Shown: positions 13,627 to 26,377 of the stretch, one piece after another | How the letters are laid out: every line of letters starts with the position of its first letter | Position numbering within the stretch: position 1 is the first letter of the stretch | Source: Carcharhinus longimanus | Lineage: Eukaryota | Direction of reading: 5' to 3' | NCBI GenBank assembly: GCA_030264375.1 | Contig: JASCQW010000119.1 | Coordinates: 10,585,346-10,649,345 of the forward strand | DNA length: 64,000 nucleotides | The notes under the pieces: generated by a model | What the model was told of the DNA's origin: nothing | What the model saw: only the letters and a program-made list of their open reading frames with translations | Database searches by the model: none | Translations under genes and position numbers: made by a program

Positions 13627-13870
13627 GCGGCGGCATTGGAGCACAGTGGTTACTGCTGCTGCTTCAGAACACCAGGGACCTGGGTTTGATTACTGGCTTG
13701 GGTCACTGCCTGTGTGGAGTTTGCACGTATTCCCCGTGTCTGCGTGGGCCTCCTCCGGGTGCTCCGTTTTCCTTCCATATCCTGACAGACGTGCAGGTTA
13801 GGTGCATTCACCCGAACAGAGGCCAGAGTGTGGTGACTGGGGAAATTTCACAGTAACTTCATTGCAAAGT
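13627..13870 (+). mobile_element. tRNA-derived SINE
   Basis: A-box-like ggagcacagtggttact, B-box-like gggtttgattact, core tgtgtggagtttgcacgtattccccgtgtctgcgtggg. Confidence 0.85.
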
Positions 13871-14317
13871 TCTCTTAATGAGTTTAAATTACTGTAAATT
13901 TCATTCTATGCCTCCAATACGTCGTCCACTTGCTGTGGGAGACTGAAGTTAGAGTGCTACATAATGTTATGCAGGGAATTCGTTCACTTCACAAGCATAG
14001 CAGGTATTTCTGACCTTAATGCTTTGAGATTGCTGTTTGCGTTACATTTCCTGCCTCTTTTGGCCACAAGCTATGACATTGCTTTCTTACTCCACACCTA
14101 CTTACATCGTGACGTCTTGTATTAAATAATGTTGTAACATTCAACACGATCATTGAGCTGACTTTTCGCCTTCTCATCACGCTTCTCTCAATTCATTTAG
14201 AATGCAATCCATGTTTCATCTGGGAAGAATTGTTTAGTCTGACAGATTTAATCTTCCATTTTTGGCAAGACGCTTAGAAGACCTGATTAGATTTCGTTTG
14301 TTCTGATTTGTGCACAG

Positions 14318-14347
14318 CTGAAGAAAAAGCACATGACAAAAATGAAG
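14318..14347 (+). CDS. 30-nt phase 1-1 micro-exon, (A)EEKAHDKNE (variant of the 27-nt class)
   Basis: ttctgatttgtgcacag|CTGAAGAAAAAGCACATGACAAAAATGAAG|gtaggc; similar to EKEIKDKTK and EKRLKDKVK. Confidence 0.55.
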
Positions 14348-15227
14348 GTAGGCGAACATTTAATTGAGTATTCAACACGTGAGTATCAATTGGCACGAAC
14401 ACTGCTTCATCGTCTTTTCTCGAAAGAAAAAAAGCAGTTGTGCTATCCACATCCTCAATGATGGATATTGGGTCATTCTGCAAATCCCACCGTAAGGTGC
14501 AGCGCAGGGATTGTCGACGATCTTTGAACTTCCAACGATCAAACGTCTTCCTCCTCGATGCTCCACAAACGCTTGGGCTCTGAGCTGCATTGCAACAATG
14601 TGAACACCTGTGCTTGTTCTCTATGTGGGTTCCCTGGAAATGCAACAGGGGAAAAAAAACGCATTTTAACTCCTGGTTGACAATACAGTTGAATTATCGC
14701 TCCACTTCCTCCTAACTCAACTCCACCTCCCCGCCCTCCTCCCCCCATCCCCTCCACCATGGCCTTTGAAGCGCCTGAATTGTGGCCCACACAATTCCCC
14801 TCTTGGAATGTATGTCTGCAAACATCCCCAATTCCAAAAATCGATGAGCAGTCGAGACAATCTCTCAACACAAGAATGTATGCTCCAGTGACCCAGGATA
14901 ACATGCCTCAGAACTGGGAACCGCAAGTGGGCAAATGAAACGATCACAAAACCATGGGCTTCAGATCGACCTAGACAACTTATCTGTCACGTAACTTCTC
15001 ACCTGACTAATTTTCCCACAAGTAGTCACTCTGCAACATTCCCAATTGTGCGTTCCTCCATTCATCCTTTCATTATCTCCATCAATTTAGCTATTTAATC
15101 GCATTGACAATGGATATTAAGAATACAAATAAACAGCGCAATGAATAATGTACATTTTACGGTTGAAACTGCCAGGCACTACGTCCATCCTTAGTGTCAT
15201 CTTTTTGCCCCAGTGAACAGCTACATG

Positions 15228-15272
<45 letters not shown>

Positions 15273-15273
15273 A
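15228..15273. repeat. (CT)n(CA)n compound microsatellite
   Basis: Directly visible. Confidence 0.95.
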
Positions 15274-15933
15274 CTCCTGAAGCTACCTTGGTAGGTCTGA
15301 GCTCATGTATGCCACCTGTAATTGATATTTCCGAATGCGCAGCTGCGCAGACAATTGGGGGGAATTCCAAAAACGGACCGCATATTTCAAAGTTGTTTAG
15401 GGAGATTTCCATTTATATTCCTATTGGCAAGTCGATGAGGAACGCCATCTAAAAATGATAATTGAAATTGAGTGAACCGTCGTATTGCTAAGCCTGTAGT
15501 GTTAATAGCATTGGCTCGCAGACATGAGATATCAAGACTTTTCATTGGCAAGTAGTCAACGGGTATTGATTCCGCAGCGAACTGAATTAAAAAAGAATGA
15601 AGATTCATAACGATTATTAGTCGCTGCCTCTGCAGAACATTCGAACACAAAAGGTGTGCTAATTGAAAGAATGGAACAAAAAAATGAGATTATTCAGCTT
15701 GGTTGACAATTCTTTGGAAACAATTGATCATACACTTACTTGGGGGGGGGGGGCGGGTGCGGGTGGGGAGAGCGGGGGGAACACTCTCTTCAGTAGGACC
15801 TAGTTTCCTGTTCTTCTTCAGAGCGTATTATCAACGAAATGCACAGCAGCAAGAGATCAAGTTTCTTTCATTAGTGACTTACAGTCTTATGATCATTACC
15901 TTCTTCAATAGAAGGGGCACACGATGGATATCA

Positions 15934-15943
15934 GTGTGTGTGC

Positions 15944-15974
<31 letters not shown>

Positions 15975-15985
15975 CGCGCGCGTGT
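15934..15985. repeat. (TG)n(CG)n alternating purine-pyrimidine microsatellite
   Basis: Directly visible. Confidence 0.95.
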
Positions 15986-16554
15986 GATTGTTTGTGTGGC
16001 TAAAATACAAAATGACAAATACAGAACGAAGTAAGGGCACTCAGTGTCTATATCCTGTCCCCATAAGAATGTAGCTGTTTTTATTTTAAACCACGATGGT
16101 GGATTATCAGAAATCGATGCACGTCTGTCCCACAACGTTGCGAGTATAATTCCAACATATTTAACTGAACAGTTGGAACTCTGTGGAAAAAAAAATCTTT
16201 TCAAGGCGTCAGCTGACCTGTCAATCATCCTGACTCAAACTCCGCTCAATGTCCAAAGGACTATACAACTCCAAGACATTGAATAAATCAGGTTGGAAAA
16301 AAAATTGAATTGTTGTTGTGTCAATAACAATGCAGAACAATGGGTGCAGATAAAACAATGTCAGTAAAATGCTAGAAGCTATTAAAAAAACTTCAAAGAA
16401 GCAAGATTAAAATGCACTTTATAAAGGCGCAATATAGCCCTAAATGACAATATTGAATCAAGAATCTCCAATACGTACCTCATGACCCATCAGAAAAGCG
16501 CGTCAGAAACTACAGTAGCAACACTGGTGCTTAAAGAAAGGTGTTATCGGTCAA

Positions 16555-17145
16555 GTGAGTAGATTTCCTGATGCAGGAAATTACTGTAATGCCTCGGTCG
16601 ATGAAGGCAAGCATGCTATACGCATTCTTGACTTCCTTCTCTTCCTGCTTTGCCACTTTCACTAACCTGTATACCTGTAAACCTGTGCAACCAATATTGT
16701 TAATGGTTCTACCTTTTACCATGTATTTCCATCTGCATTACACCATCCAAGATACAATACTTCGCATTTGCTGGATAAAACTCCAACTGTCATCTCTCCA
16801 CTTACGTTTCCATTTGACTTATATCATGCTGTATTCTCCAACAGTTCTCATCGCTATCGGCCAGCAAACGTTTTGTCATTCGCAAACTTACCAATCGAAC
16901 CAGATACATTTTCCTCCAAAGCTCGGATATATTTTAGAAACTGCAAAGGACCCAGCACTGATTCCTAAGGAGCACCAATAATACCACCTGCTTTCAGAAG
17001 CACACCGTTGCATTGCGACCCTCTGCCTTCAATGACTGAGCCAGTTCAGTATCAATCTTGGCAGCTCACCTCTGAAGTTAAACGTTACGTTCTGTACCAG
17101 CCTGCTATGACGGATACGGTCAAAGGCCTTATTGAAGTCCATATG
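16555..17145 (-). mobile_element. CR1 LINE RT fragment
   Basis: Minus strand reads VKNAYSMLAFIDRGI; aaggccttattgaagtccatat is the reverse of YMDFNKAF. Confidence 0.85.
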
Positions 17146-17169
17146 GTAGTTCGTGGTCTATAAAATGTA

Positions 17170-17390
17170 AGGAGTTTCACAACGCTCGGTTCAAGCCCGA
17201 CTGGTTCATTTGGAACCATGAGCTTTAGAAGTGTTCCTCCTTCATCACGTGAGTCACCTGATGATCACTCACTGATGAAGGAGCAGCGCCCCGAAAGCTC
17301 TTGATTTAATAACTCTGTTGGACTTTAGCCTGGTGTTGGGAGACGTCTACTGTGTTCACCACAGTCCAACGCCCGCATCTCAACATCATC
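17170..17390. mobile_element. Penelope-type inverted (fold-back) repeat with hammerhead-like core
   Basis: Arms 17176-17247 and 17272-17345 are imperfect reverse complements; the right arm has CTGATGA-AGGAGCAGCGCCCC-GAAA at 17272-17296. Confidence 0.6.
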
Positions 17391-18383
17391 AACAATATAT
17401 ATTTTGTCAGTTGATTTTCTGCTCACGTGCCCGTGTGTAATAATGAGCTAACTGAATGAAGCTGCTTTGTTGAACTGCATTCGGATCCTTAACAAGATAA
17501 TTTACAGATTGCCGTATTTGTTCTCGCTGACATGCCCCTGGGAAAACATTGAGTACTTGATTGCATGTTGTGCACCTATTGTTCATCCAAGATTCATTAA
17601 AACTGCACGACTTAATTATCAAATAGTTCTCCGGCATCGGATTATTCGTATCTGAGATTGAATGAAAGTTAAAACAAATATGCCACGAGACAGAATGATT
17701 GGACATTCTCCAATCGTTGCAGAATACAACTCCAACAACCACCAAGGTGTTCTGCAACACCTAAGACAGTACCTCGCTTGATGAGGACACAATCCAAAAT
17801 GCTCAGGTACAATTCTACACGAGTATGCTCTCGTAACTGGCGATTTAATTTATTGGAAAAATTGATTGAAAAATGTGCCTGGTATGTTAGCGACAGTGAT
17901 CGTGCAGTGGAAATATATATTGTTTCTGGCATCGCAAAGGGAGAGTTAATAACATTTGCTGCAGACATGACAATAAACAAAAATAAATATGTAATTACAT
18001 AAAAATGTAGTCACTTACAGTCAGAGTGGGACAAATGTAAAGAGTGGTTCTGTAAAGCAAATTAATTTACGTACTATTATTTAAACAATTAGACAAAATT
18101 AAGTTCAATATTTCCGTTTATTTAGCGATTGTTACGTACCACTAGCCTTGTCGAATTATTTTTAAGACAGTTCTTTTTTGCAATTGTTTTTTTTAATAGG
18201 AAATACAGTAGCCAATGTTCTCCAAACAAAGATAATCAATATTATGGCGACATGGTAATCACAGTTTTTGAGATGCTGGTTAATAGAGGAATGTAGTCCA
18301 AGCTTGCACAATTCCGTTGATCATCTCCCCCCAAATATAACTCAACTATAAACGACAGAATACTTACTCATTTTTTTTTGCAG

Positions 18384-18425
18384 TTATTCACTCAGACGAT
18401 TTGAAAAATAAACTACAAGAGGCAG
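18384..18425 (+). CDS. 42-nt phase 1-1 micro-exon, (V)IHSDDLKNKLQEA
   Basis: tttttttttgcag|TTATTCAC...GAGGCAG|gttagt; aligns to EIES--LKKELQDL and EIAT--LKKRLQDA; splice sites kept in the duplicate. Confidence 0.7.
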
Positions 18426-19736
18426 GTTAGTGATAACACAACTTGGTTATGTTAAATTGGGACTAAATTGGTCCCGACTACGTGTATTGTAACACAGACA
18501 AAGAAGGTGTGCTACAATGTTGTCTGCATTACAAGGTACAAGTTATTAACACAGCTAAGAGTTATCTAAGGAAGCTACAAATGTCCGGATAAAAAATGCT
18601 GAAAGTGATGTCTATAGTTTATATTTTCATGCAAATAGCAGCAGTACCAACATAATAGGGAATTTGATATTTCAATAAAATTATATCATAACATAAAGCA
18701 GAATATTATAATACATGCACACTAATGAGTATACCATCAATGATGGGAAGCATTTTTTAGACTATTCGAGGACATAACTAATCGTAACTTGGATTGTTTT
18801 TAGTTAGGAGATCGTGTGGAATGCAAGTCGGCCAAATTACGTTAATCATTGTCTGTTTACGAGGTTGTGAAAAACGCTGAGTGCATGGATAGCCAGATCA
18901 CGCAGGAGCCCACGGGACAATCAGAGTACATTTGAAGTCCGTGGAATATAAAAAGAGACAGCGGCGAGTGTGCGACTTTGATTCTTTGACAGGTTAGATT
19001 TGCAACCGTGAACAGGGGCAATGGTGAAAAGGCGGCATGTTCAACATTGCAGATGACAGACTGAAGAATTGTGAATTTCCGGACGACCGTTATGAAATAG
19101 AACAGAGGAACTGACCTGTTAGCTTCTTAACACAACTGAAGTTAAATGGACTAAGCGATAACAAATGTTTTATGAAATAAGTCTAATGGCGAGGTAATGT
19201 GTCATCAATAAAAAAAGCATTATTCTCAATTTCGTGAGGCGCACAAACCTTTCCAGGTGACGTAACTTTCCATTGAATTATTTAAATAAAAATGATTGTT
19301 CAGGATTGTTTTGATTAGATCTGCAACGTGCAATGGTAATGCAAACGTGTTGAGGCTTTTTTTTTGAAAATATTGATTCTTGATACGAATTGCCTGATAT
19401 CCTGCATCCCACCAAATAATGGTTATTCAGTCAGCAGCTGAAAATTGGCGTTTGGTAATTCAGAACTTGACAATTGCCGAAATATGAAACATATTGAAGT
19501 TTTCGTCCAAAGACTTAATGGATGATGGAGAAAGTTTGCAGGGCATATTCTAAGCATGATGGGTGGATTCATTATTTTATATAAAGTGAAGTGTGTTTTA
19601 CTGAATTGTCCAGACACAAGGGAGTACAACTTAATTTCCATTTAGTCAAAAGAGGGTAGTAATAATAATAAAAAAAAGATTGTGTCGCCACATGTATGTA
19701 ATTTTCTATGGTCTGCCTCATTAATGTTTTTCACAG

Positions 19737-19763
19737 AAAGAAAACTAAAGCTGACAGAACAAG
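19737..19763 (+). CDS. 27-nt phase 1-1 micro-exon, (E)RKLKLTEQ
   Basis: tgtttttcacag|AAAGAAAACTAAAGCTGACAGAACAAG|gttagc; identical in the duplicate at 35011. Confidence 0.65.
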
Positions 19764-21629
19764 GTTAGCGCCGCAAAACAAATGCTGCCCCTTGATATGT
19801 GAGCGTCATTTTCACATCAAGCAACCAAACACGTGTTTGAGTGGTACATTCATTGTGTATTTGCAGCGCAAAATATGTCTTGATATTGAAAAAAAAGATT
19901 CAAATCTTAGTATAATATTTCAACAGTCTCCATATACTTTTGGCAAACAACCGGTGGTGTAATGCGCACGTTTGTGGTCGACCTACACAGTCGTGAGGAT
20001 CCAAGTCGAATGCTGGGCACATTTCTGGTATTCTCATGCCTTGTTTAATCAACATGTACACGAATGTCTGAATTTTCGTTGCTTTATTACGGCAAGGGCT
20101 AAATACGACACGAGTGATGCAGGAATATTTACAAGATCGGGGCTATACATAGGCACGCAGTCTATAGAAATGTAGACGCGGCTATGTGTCTGTTCTGCTG
20201 TCACTAAACGGCCAATTGCTGGCTAAATTATAAAAAACATGACACAGTACCATATTTTAGGCTATGAAACTTTTTTTTTCATATTCCTGGTACTGTAGGG
20301 CTAAAAATGCAGGATCACAGAATCTTCCAAATTACGTTAACTATTCTTTCGCCTCCACAAGGATTTCACTCCGCAAAATTAACTGCGTAATGTATTTCAC
20401 GGACAGATGTGCAGAATGCATTTTGAGAGAGTTCATGATGTCAAATTGTGTCCCTTTTCAGTTAGCTTGTCTGCTTTGCAGCAAACGTTTGTGTGGAAAA
20501 TGGATGTTGACAATTTCATACTTCTTTAAATATATATTTTCTTGTTTCAGTGCATGTCAAATGCTTGCCAAACACCCTCCCTGCCAAAATGTCCTATCAT
20601 TTGCAAACGAACATGTTTTTCTTCTTTTTATTTCTTGTTGCAATACAAATTGCAACGCCTTGACAATTTATACAAGAGATAGATCCCTACTAACTCATCT
20701 AACGACCTGGCATGTCTCTCTTTTGAACCAGCTCCAAACAGTTGATTCAGGTTTATGTCATTATTCAGATTACTCAGAGGCAAATCAACTTTCCAGTCAA
20801 AGCCAAAGTAAAAATATTTGAACATTATTGCATCAAGCCGTTCCATTTGGTACCAATTCACATTTCGTTGCAAATCTTATAAGTTCCTAAGCTTCCAAAA
20901 TGTCGCAGACATTTTGGTATGTCAAATTCAAGCTGTCGTTAATGCACACACACATTTCCTCTTCTTTACTGCACAATGGAGAAACTGGATATACTTTGGT
21001 ACACCTTCGTGTTTTATATCACAAACTTGCAATCCTTGTACAGATTAACCTATTATGTGCAAGTTTCTGGCAATTCAGCGTTCTGTGTCGGCCCTTCTGA
21101 ACTTTGCTTTGTCATTTCATCATNNNNNNNNNNGTTATACTTCACACACAACTTATTTTGTTCATTTGATTTTTTCCCCGTTTTCTCAGTACGAATACTC
21201 TTGATATTAAGACAGCCAATGTGCCCATACGGAGGTTTGCATATCTGCCAATTTCAGGAAAAAAATGTATAATTTATAATTGCTGACTTTATGCCTTTTT
21301 TTCATTCTGTGTCAATTTTGTACTTGGTGATACTCTCTGATTTTTTCCTATCCCAGAGAGTTGCCGTTTAATCGCCTATGTCACTCCAAGTCTTAAATAC
21401 ATATTTCCATTGGAATACTTGTTCCTTGTCTTATCATCACTCATTGTACATTCTTGAAATGGATCTTTCTGCAGTAGATAACAGAAAGCAGCTTCAAAAA
21501 ATAACTAATGCAATTGTCTTATCGGTAAGGAAATAAATCACTGGAATCAAGATGTTAGAAATAATGTTTATATGGCATATTATATATTTATATTTCTTCA
21601 AAAAAAGGAGTAGCTAATACATTGCAAAA

Positions 21630-23300
21630 TGGCCTCCCTCTGAATCTGAAAGTAAATCCCTTGGATCAGGATTCAACGCGTCCGGTCAACCGCAGGTGAT
21701 TTCATAATGTTAAATGTGACACCCCGTTCTTCTCATCAGAATTGATTGGCAGCAAACGCGTTGCCATCTTCAAAAGTGAATACGTTCTTTGGTTGACGCA
21801 TTAGAATAAATGGCTGCGGACTTCCCGTTAATTCCCAACTGAGGCACTCACTGTCCCACGTCCGTAAAATCTCGTTTCAGGTCAACAGACCTTTCCATGA
21901 AACTTTCCTCGCGCTTTTCGATACCTGTCGTGGGGGGAGGTAAAATCCCAACCAGTATTTTGACTGTGTAGGATATTGTCCCTGTCCCCTTGTGGTTTAT
22001 CTTGTGTTGGCAATATTGCTTACCTCGAAGTGATTGAATGTCTCCCCATGATGTCCTGATAATGTCCATGTATTCTGAAGGTTAATCTATTTTGGAATGC
22101 AATTTTTCCATCTTGTTTTGATGATATGCCTTCTCTGTAAGCACCTCAAATACTGCAGTCCCTGAAACAAAAGCTGATGCAATGCTCAGTTTCAAGGCAA
22201 ACTGTCTCACCCATGATGGGGGAGCCAAATGTTCTGGCATACAGACTATCAATAGATGTGTTGGTGGAAACTTCAGTCATGGAAGCACACAGTTCGCCAT
22301 TATGCTACCATTCCCGTAACATGACATGCTACTATATGGTTGGACTGCCACCGCATGGTTCTTCCATTCCCGTCCGTCATGCAACTCCTTCACGATCACG
22401 TCCAATTCACAAGTGTCATACAGGAACACTTGTTTCATGTCGGTAGAATGAAGTATATCATTGCCGTTCTTGAAATGCCAAAGCCATGAGATTATGCCAT
22501 GGAATCATACACTGCAGCAGGAGGCCATTCGGCCTACCGGGTCTGAGACGACACATCTAACCGAGGCACGAAATCATAACCGCATGGACTTACCCTAGCA
22601 GTCCCCCGGCACAAATGGAATAATTGTCATGGACAGCCTATCATCTCGCACCGTGGGAGGTAACCGGACCATCCGAGGAAACCCAAGCAATCACAGGGAG
22701 AACGTGCAAACCCCACGCATTAATCCAAGCCGGGAATTTAATTCCGGTAACTGGCGCTATGAAGCAGCAGTGCTAACGACTATGGCACAATGTCACTCTA
22801 GCAAAACTGATGCTGTCCTTGTTATCCAATCTCCACCGAAGTAAAAATGGTGAGACGAAATGGTTGCCCCGCCCCATTTTTGCACTGGAACGCATCTCAC
22901 CTTGTTTCACAATTTCGAAGTGCAACTACGGGATTAATTTTTGAGCCACGTGATTAACCGTTTTGATGTACCAAAAATATTCATCATCGCCAATATTAAT
23001 GTCTCCTGCAGATACAGTTAATGAATCAACGCATTCAGGGGACGTCAGTCTCTATCAGTAACCACGACGTGACTTCAGGGTTCCTTTCTGTCCATCTCTA
23101 TTGACTTAGTTTTCACACCAATAGCTACGAACACTTAATTGGATGTCCACTGGAAAATACGATTGAGAAATGGGTCTCCGTGCAGTGTCCAACAAGGACA
23201 TTTCAATCTTCTCGCAAAATTGCTGTAAACTCTTCACTAACCACCATTAATATTCTTATCACTGACACCGACTGACATCGTATCAAGCGTATTGTATTGT
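21630..23300 (-). pseudogene. Tentative highly decayed HSP70-like relic
   Basis: Minus-strand peptides in HSP70 order: MDRKEP*SHVVVTD, LTSPECVDSLTVSAGDINIGDDEYFWYIKTVNH, SIDSLY, AVFEVL, TFEDGNAFAANQF**EERGVT. Many stops and shifts; alternative alignments exist, so chance is not excluded. Confidence 0.3.
22502..22795 (-). mobile_element. tRNA-derived SINE with CR1-like tail
   Basis: ggaggccattcggcc tail, cacagggagaacgtgcaaac core, gcagcagtgctaac head, all reversed. Confidence 0.85.
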
Positions 23301-24199
23301 TCACGTTTTATTTGAGCCAAGCTACTATATGTTGCAAAGGATAGGTCCAANNNNNNNNNNGAAACACCACATCATTATGTCGGTATCTCTAGACACAAAT
23401 ATTTTTTAAAAAGTGTTTTATTTTTGAGTTCCAATTTGAAAGCGCAATACCTACATGTTTCCAGTTAAACATACCCGTGGCTCATCATCGCATTGTGCGT
23501 CATTTATAGATTTCTTTATTCCTAGAAAACAAAAAGCTCAGTGTAGTTTTTGTATCTATCAGTGGAATTTGTTCTTCGATTTCATGCGTCACACAATTTC
23601 CAAGATTATTTTTCCACGTCCAACTTCTACATCTTCAATTTCCCCTTCCGTTTAATATGCATTGGCAGCCAATGATGGAATTGTTTTTATTATGTACAGC
23701 TTTCTCTTCCTTCTTCTATTTGTTAATTGTTACCATTTCATGAAAAATCTGGCGATCTTTATTTACATTTTTACTTGCACCACTGTGTCATTTGTGTTGT
23801 ATTCTTGTTATTTGCCTCAAAACACGATGTGGCATGTAGGTGTTACTTGATGCAGCTTTGTTTCCTTGTCCTTCTTGCGCATCTGTTCTCCCTTGGAGCG
23901 CCTTATATATACTTAGCTGAAAAATGCTATGGAACCTGATGGGCATTAGTTGAATTCTAAAACAAGAAAAGCAAGTCTATGCCACAGGAAGCTAAACTTT
24001 CAAATCGTTCTCCAAATATTACAACTAAGGCACTGTTGGATGATGAACATCACGTTGCACTGATTTTTCTCATAGCACAATGACCACACTCAAACCGTTC
24101 TTCCCTACAGAAGAACAGGCAGAGTGAAGTGTAACAAGGACAGCACATCCAAGACAAGACTCACTGCAATCGTAATAAGAACAGAAATGCGTGTTGTCG

Positions 24200-24900
24200 C
24201 ATTCAGGGTGCTGCGTGCGTCTCACAGTGCATTATAATGGAGAAGGCCATTAAATGGTCATTCGAAAATCCAAGGGAACAGGGGGCTGGATGTGGTCATT
24301 TAGCTATTCAGATCCGTGCCGCAATTCACTAACATTCACGGATCTGATAGTAAGCACACATCTGAACTCATCTTGTGCCCGATATGGCGTCACACCTTTG
24401 CTTACCAAGAACCTGTCAAACCCAGGCTGGTTTACAAGGAATTGGCTGGCATAAACATTTCAGAAACATATTTGCAAAGACAAACGACGTCTGAGTGAAA
24501 AACACTTTCACTTAAATGGGCAAGGCAGACTTTCATATCATAACACATAGACCTAGGAGCGATGGGTTTATACACTGGAAAGCTGGAAACAGAGAAGGAG
24601 CCAGCGCGAATTAGGCCATTTGTATGCGTTTCTACCATGACTGAACAGCGAGCCAGTTTTAATTTTTGCTTATTCAGTACTGTACCTAGGCGAGAAAAGC
24701 ACTGCATTTTCATAGCAAAACACCAGTTGACAATGAAATTCCTTCCAGAAGGACTAACACAAAGTTTGATTGTTTCTGTATCTGAAGTAGAAGAGGCTGA
24801 AGAATGATGGGATGAAGGAAATTTACTAGTAGACAGCAACATCTCTGAAAGTGATGATAACGCAGAAGAAGAGGCAGGAATTCTTGATGGGACCTTTTCT
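24200..24900 (+). mobile_element. Possible decayed DNA-transposase C-terminus (hAT-like) with acidic tail
   Basis: Interrupted frame KEPARIRPFVCVSTMTEQRASFNF...SEVEEAEE*WDEGNLLVDSNISESDDNAEEE loosely resembles a hAT dimerisation region; weak. Confidence 0.22.
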
Positions 24901-26152
24901 TTAAAAAAGGACTGCTTTAAAACTTCGTTTTAACTGAAATGCTGTGGAAAGTTGTGGTTGAACATCAGATGGGCATTTTTTGAGTTGCCAAATTGATTGC
25001 TGTAAATTTATTAAGGTTAATATTTTGTAAAATATACATATTTATAAATTAGCTCTTTGATATGCAACAATTGTTCTTGCATATGAAATAATTTGGTAAT
25101 TTCTGATACCCGCTTTAATATTTTGAAGCTGTCCGTTGACTTAATGTCTACAACATTTGACTTAACTATTCTCTTACATATAAATTAATTTTTAAACATG
25201 ACACCAAAGACCAAAGCTTTTGCGAAAAAAAACATTATTTTTTGCGAAATCACGGAGTACAAGGCAATAATAATTATTTCATCTCTGTGACTTCTATCTG
25301 CCTTCAGACAATTGTGATATAATGTATACAACTGACACTTCTCAGGCAGTTTCACAATAGCTCGAGATATGTGCACACACAAGATCTTTTTTTTGCGACA
25401 GGAACTCCGTTTCGTCGAACTCACTTTATTTGCAATGGCTCACATAGAAACGGAATCACGTCGCTTCCATTACATATCGAAGTAATTTATTGTGAACTTC
25501 AATCATATTTGGTAAACAGAATTTGTCTTCAAGAACGCATTGTTGGCTTAATGCATATCAAATACACACATGCGAGTCACCGATATCTTCGTTCAGACAT
25601 TTATTTGGTAAATGACGGTCTATCGTTATTTCAGAGACAATGATACACCTGCGGCGTTTAATTATTCATAACACACTACCTTCACCGACAGGCTTGCGTA
25701 TATAATTCAGAGTCACAGGGCTAACAACAGCACCTAATCATGATTGAAGACTGAACCCACCACCACGCCAATTATATCACATTTTGTTTATTATTGTTTT
25801 CTCTCGGGAGGAAGACGAATTTGAAAACCGCCGAGTTCACGTTACCGCACCGCCGCCCACTCCACCCCAGCTGCCTATGCTCACACAGAGAAACACAAAG
25901 ACATCCTCTTCCGTTTGGAAGTTTTTTTTTGTTTAGTTCCCTCAAAATTTAGCAATGATTTCCAATTGTCCAGTTTGTGATTTGACAGATCATCTCGTTT
26001 GCTGTTTTATCATAGCAGTGAGACGAATGGACCCTCAATCAGTTACCTTAAGTGCGCGTTCAAACGTCCTTGACCACATGTGAATACAGGTACAAACGAA
26101 TGACAGCAACACAAGCAAAGTGAGATCAAAAATGATTTCTCATTCATTTCAG

Positions 26153-26188
26153 AGGCCGAAAACCAGTTGCAAATGTTCAATGAATTAG
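26153..26188 (+). CDS. 36-nt phase 1-1 micro-exon, (E)AENQLQMFNEL
   Basis: tttctcattcatttcag|AGGCCGAAAACCAGTTGCAAATGTTCAATGAATTAG|gtaaga; strong sites, expected length and position in the 27/36 alternation. Confidence 0.65.
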   Translation, partial: RPKTSCKCSMN

Positions 26189-26377
26189 GTAAGATGCATA
26201 TAAAATGATCTAGTTCATGAATTGATATTGCTAATTGAATACTCGCGTGATTAATGGAATATCACAACAATCTTAAGGTGTGCATTTGGCTCAGTGCTGG
26301 CATTTCAAACTGCATCCTGATCAGTCGAAACTAAATTATTTTATCGATGTGAGTCCGCCACCGTGGCAAAATGAGGT

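Larger units (their letters stand above)
17958..21626 (+). repeat. Segmental duplication block A, copy 1 (paralog 33213-36931)
   Basis: Colinear high similarity over about 3.7 kb, e.g. aataaacaaaaataaatatgtaattacataa at both starts; roughly 90% identity by eye. Confidence 0.97.

Noticed and set aside
14539-14633. Strong minus-strand acceptor followed by GNPHREQAQVFTLLQCSSEPKRLWSIEEEDV*
   Set aside because: Isolated, no recognisable homology and no compatible upstream minus-strand exon identified.
20264-20821. 185-aa ORF in block A
   Set aside because: Low-complexity Cys/Phe-rich composition and frameshifted in the duplicate (35669-36082); not a credible protein.
21852-22300. Apparent minus-strand spliced gene (donors gtgaga, gtaagc, gtgagt)
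   Set aside because: One implied intron is only about 48 nt, there are in-frame stops, and part overlaps a MITE-like segment; kept only within the low-confidence HSP70 relic.
22350-22470. B-box-like peptide VFLYDTCELDVIVKELHDGREWKNHAV on the minus strand
   Set aside because: Most zinc ligands are missing and no RING or B30.2 context was found.
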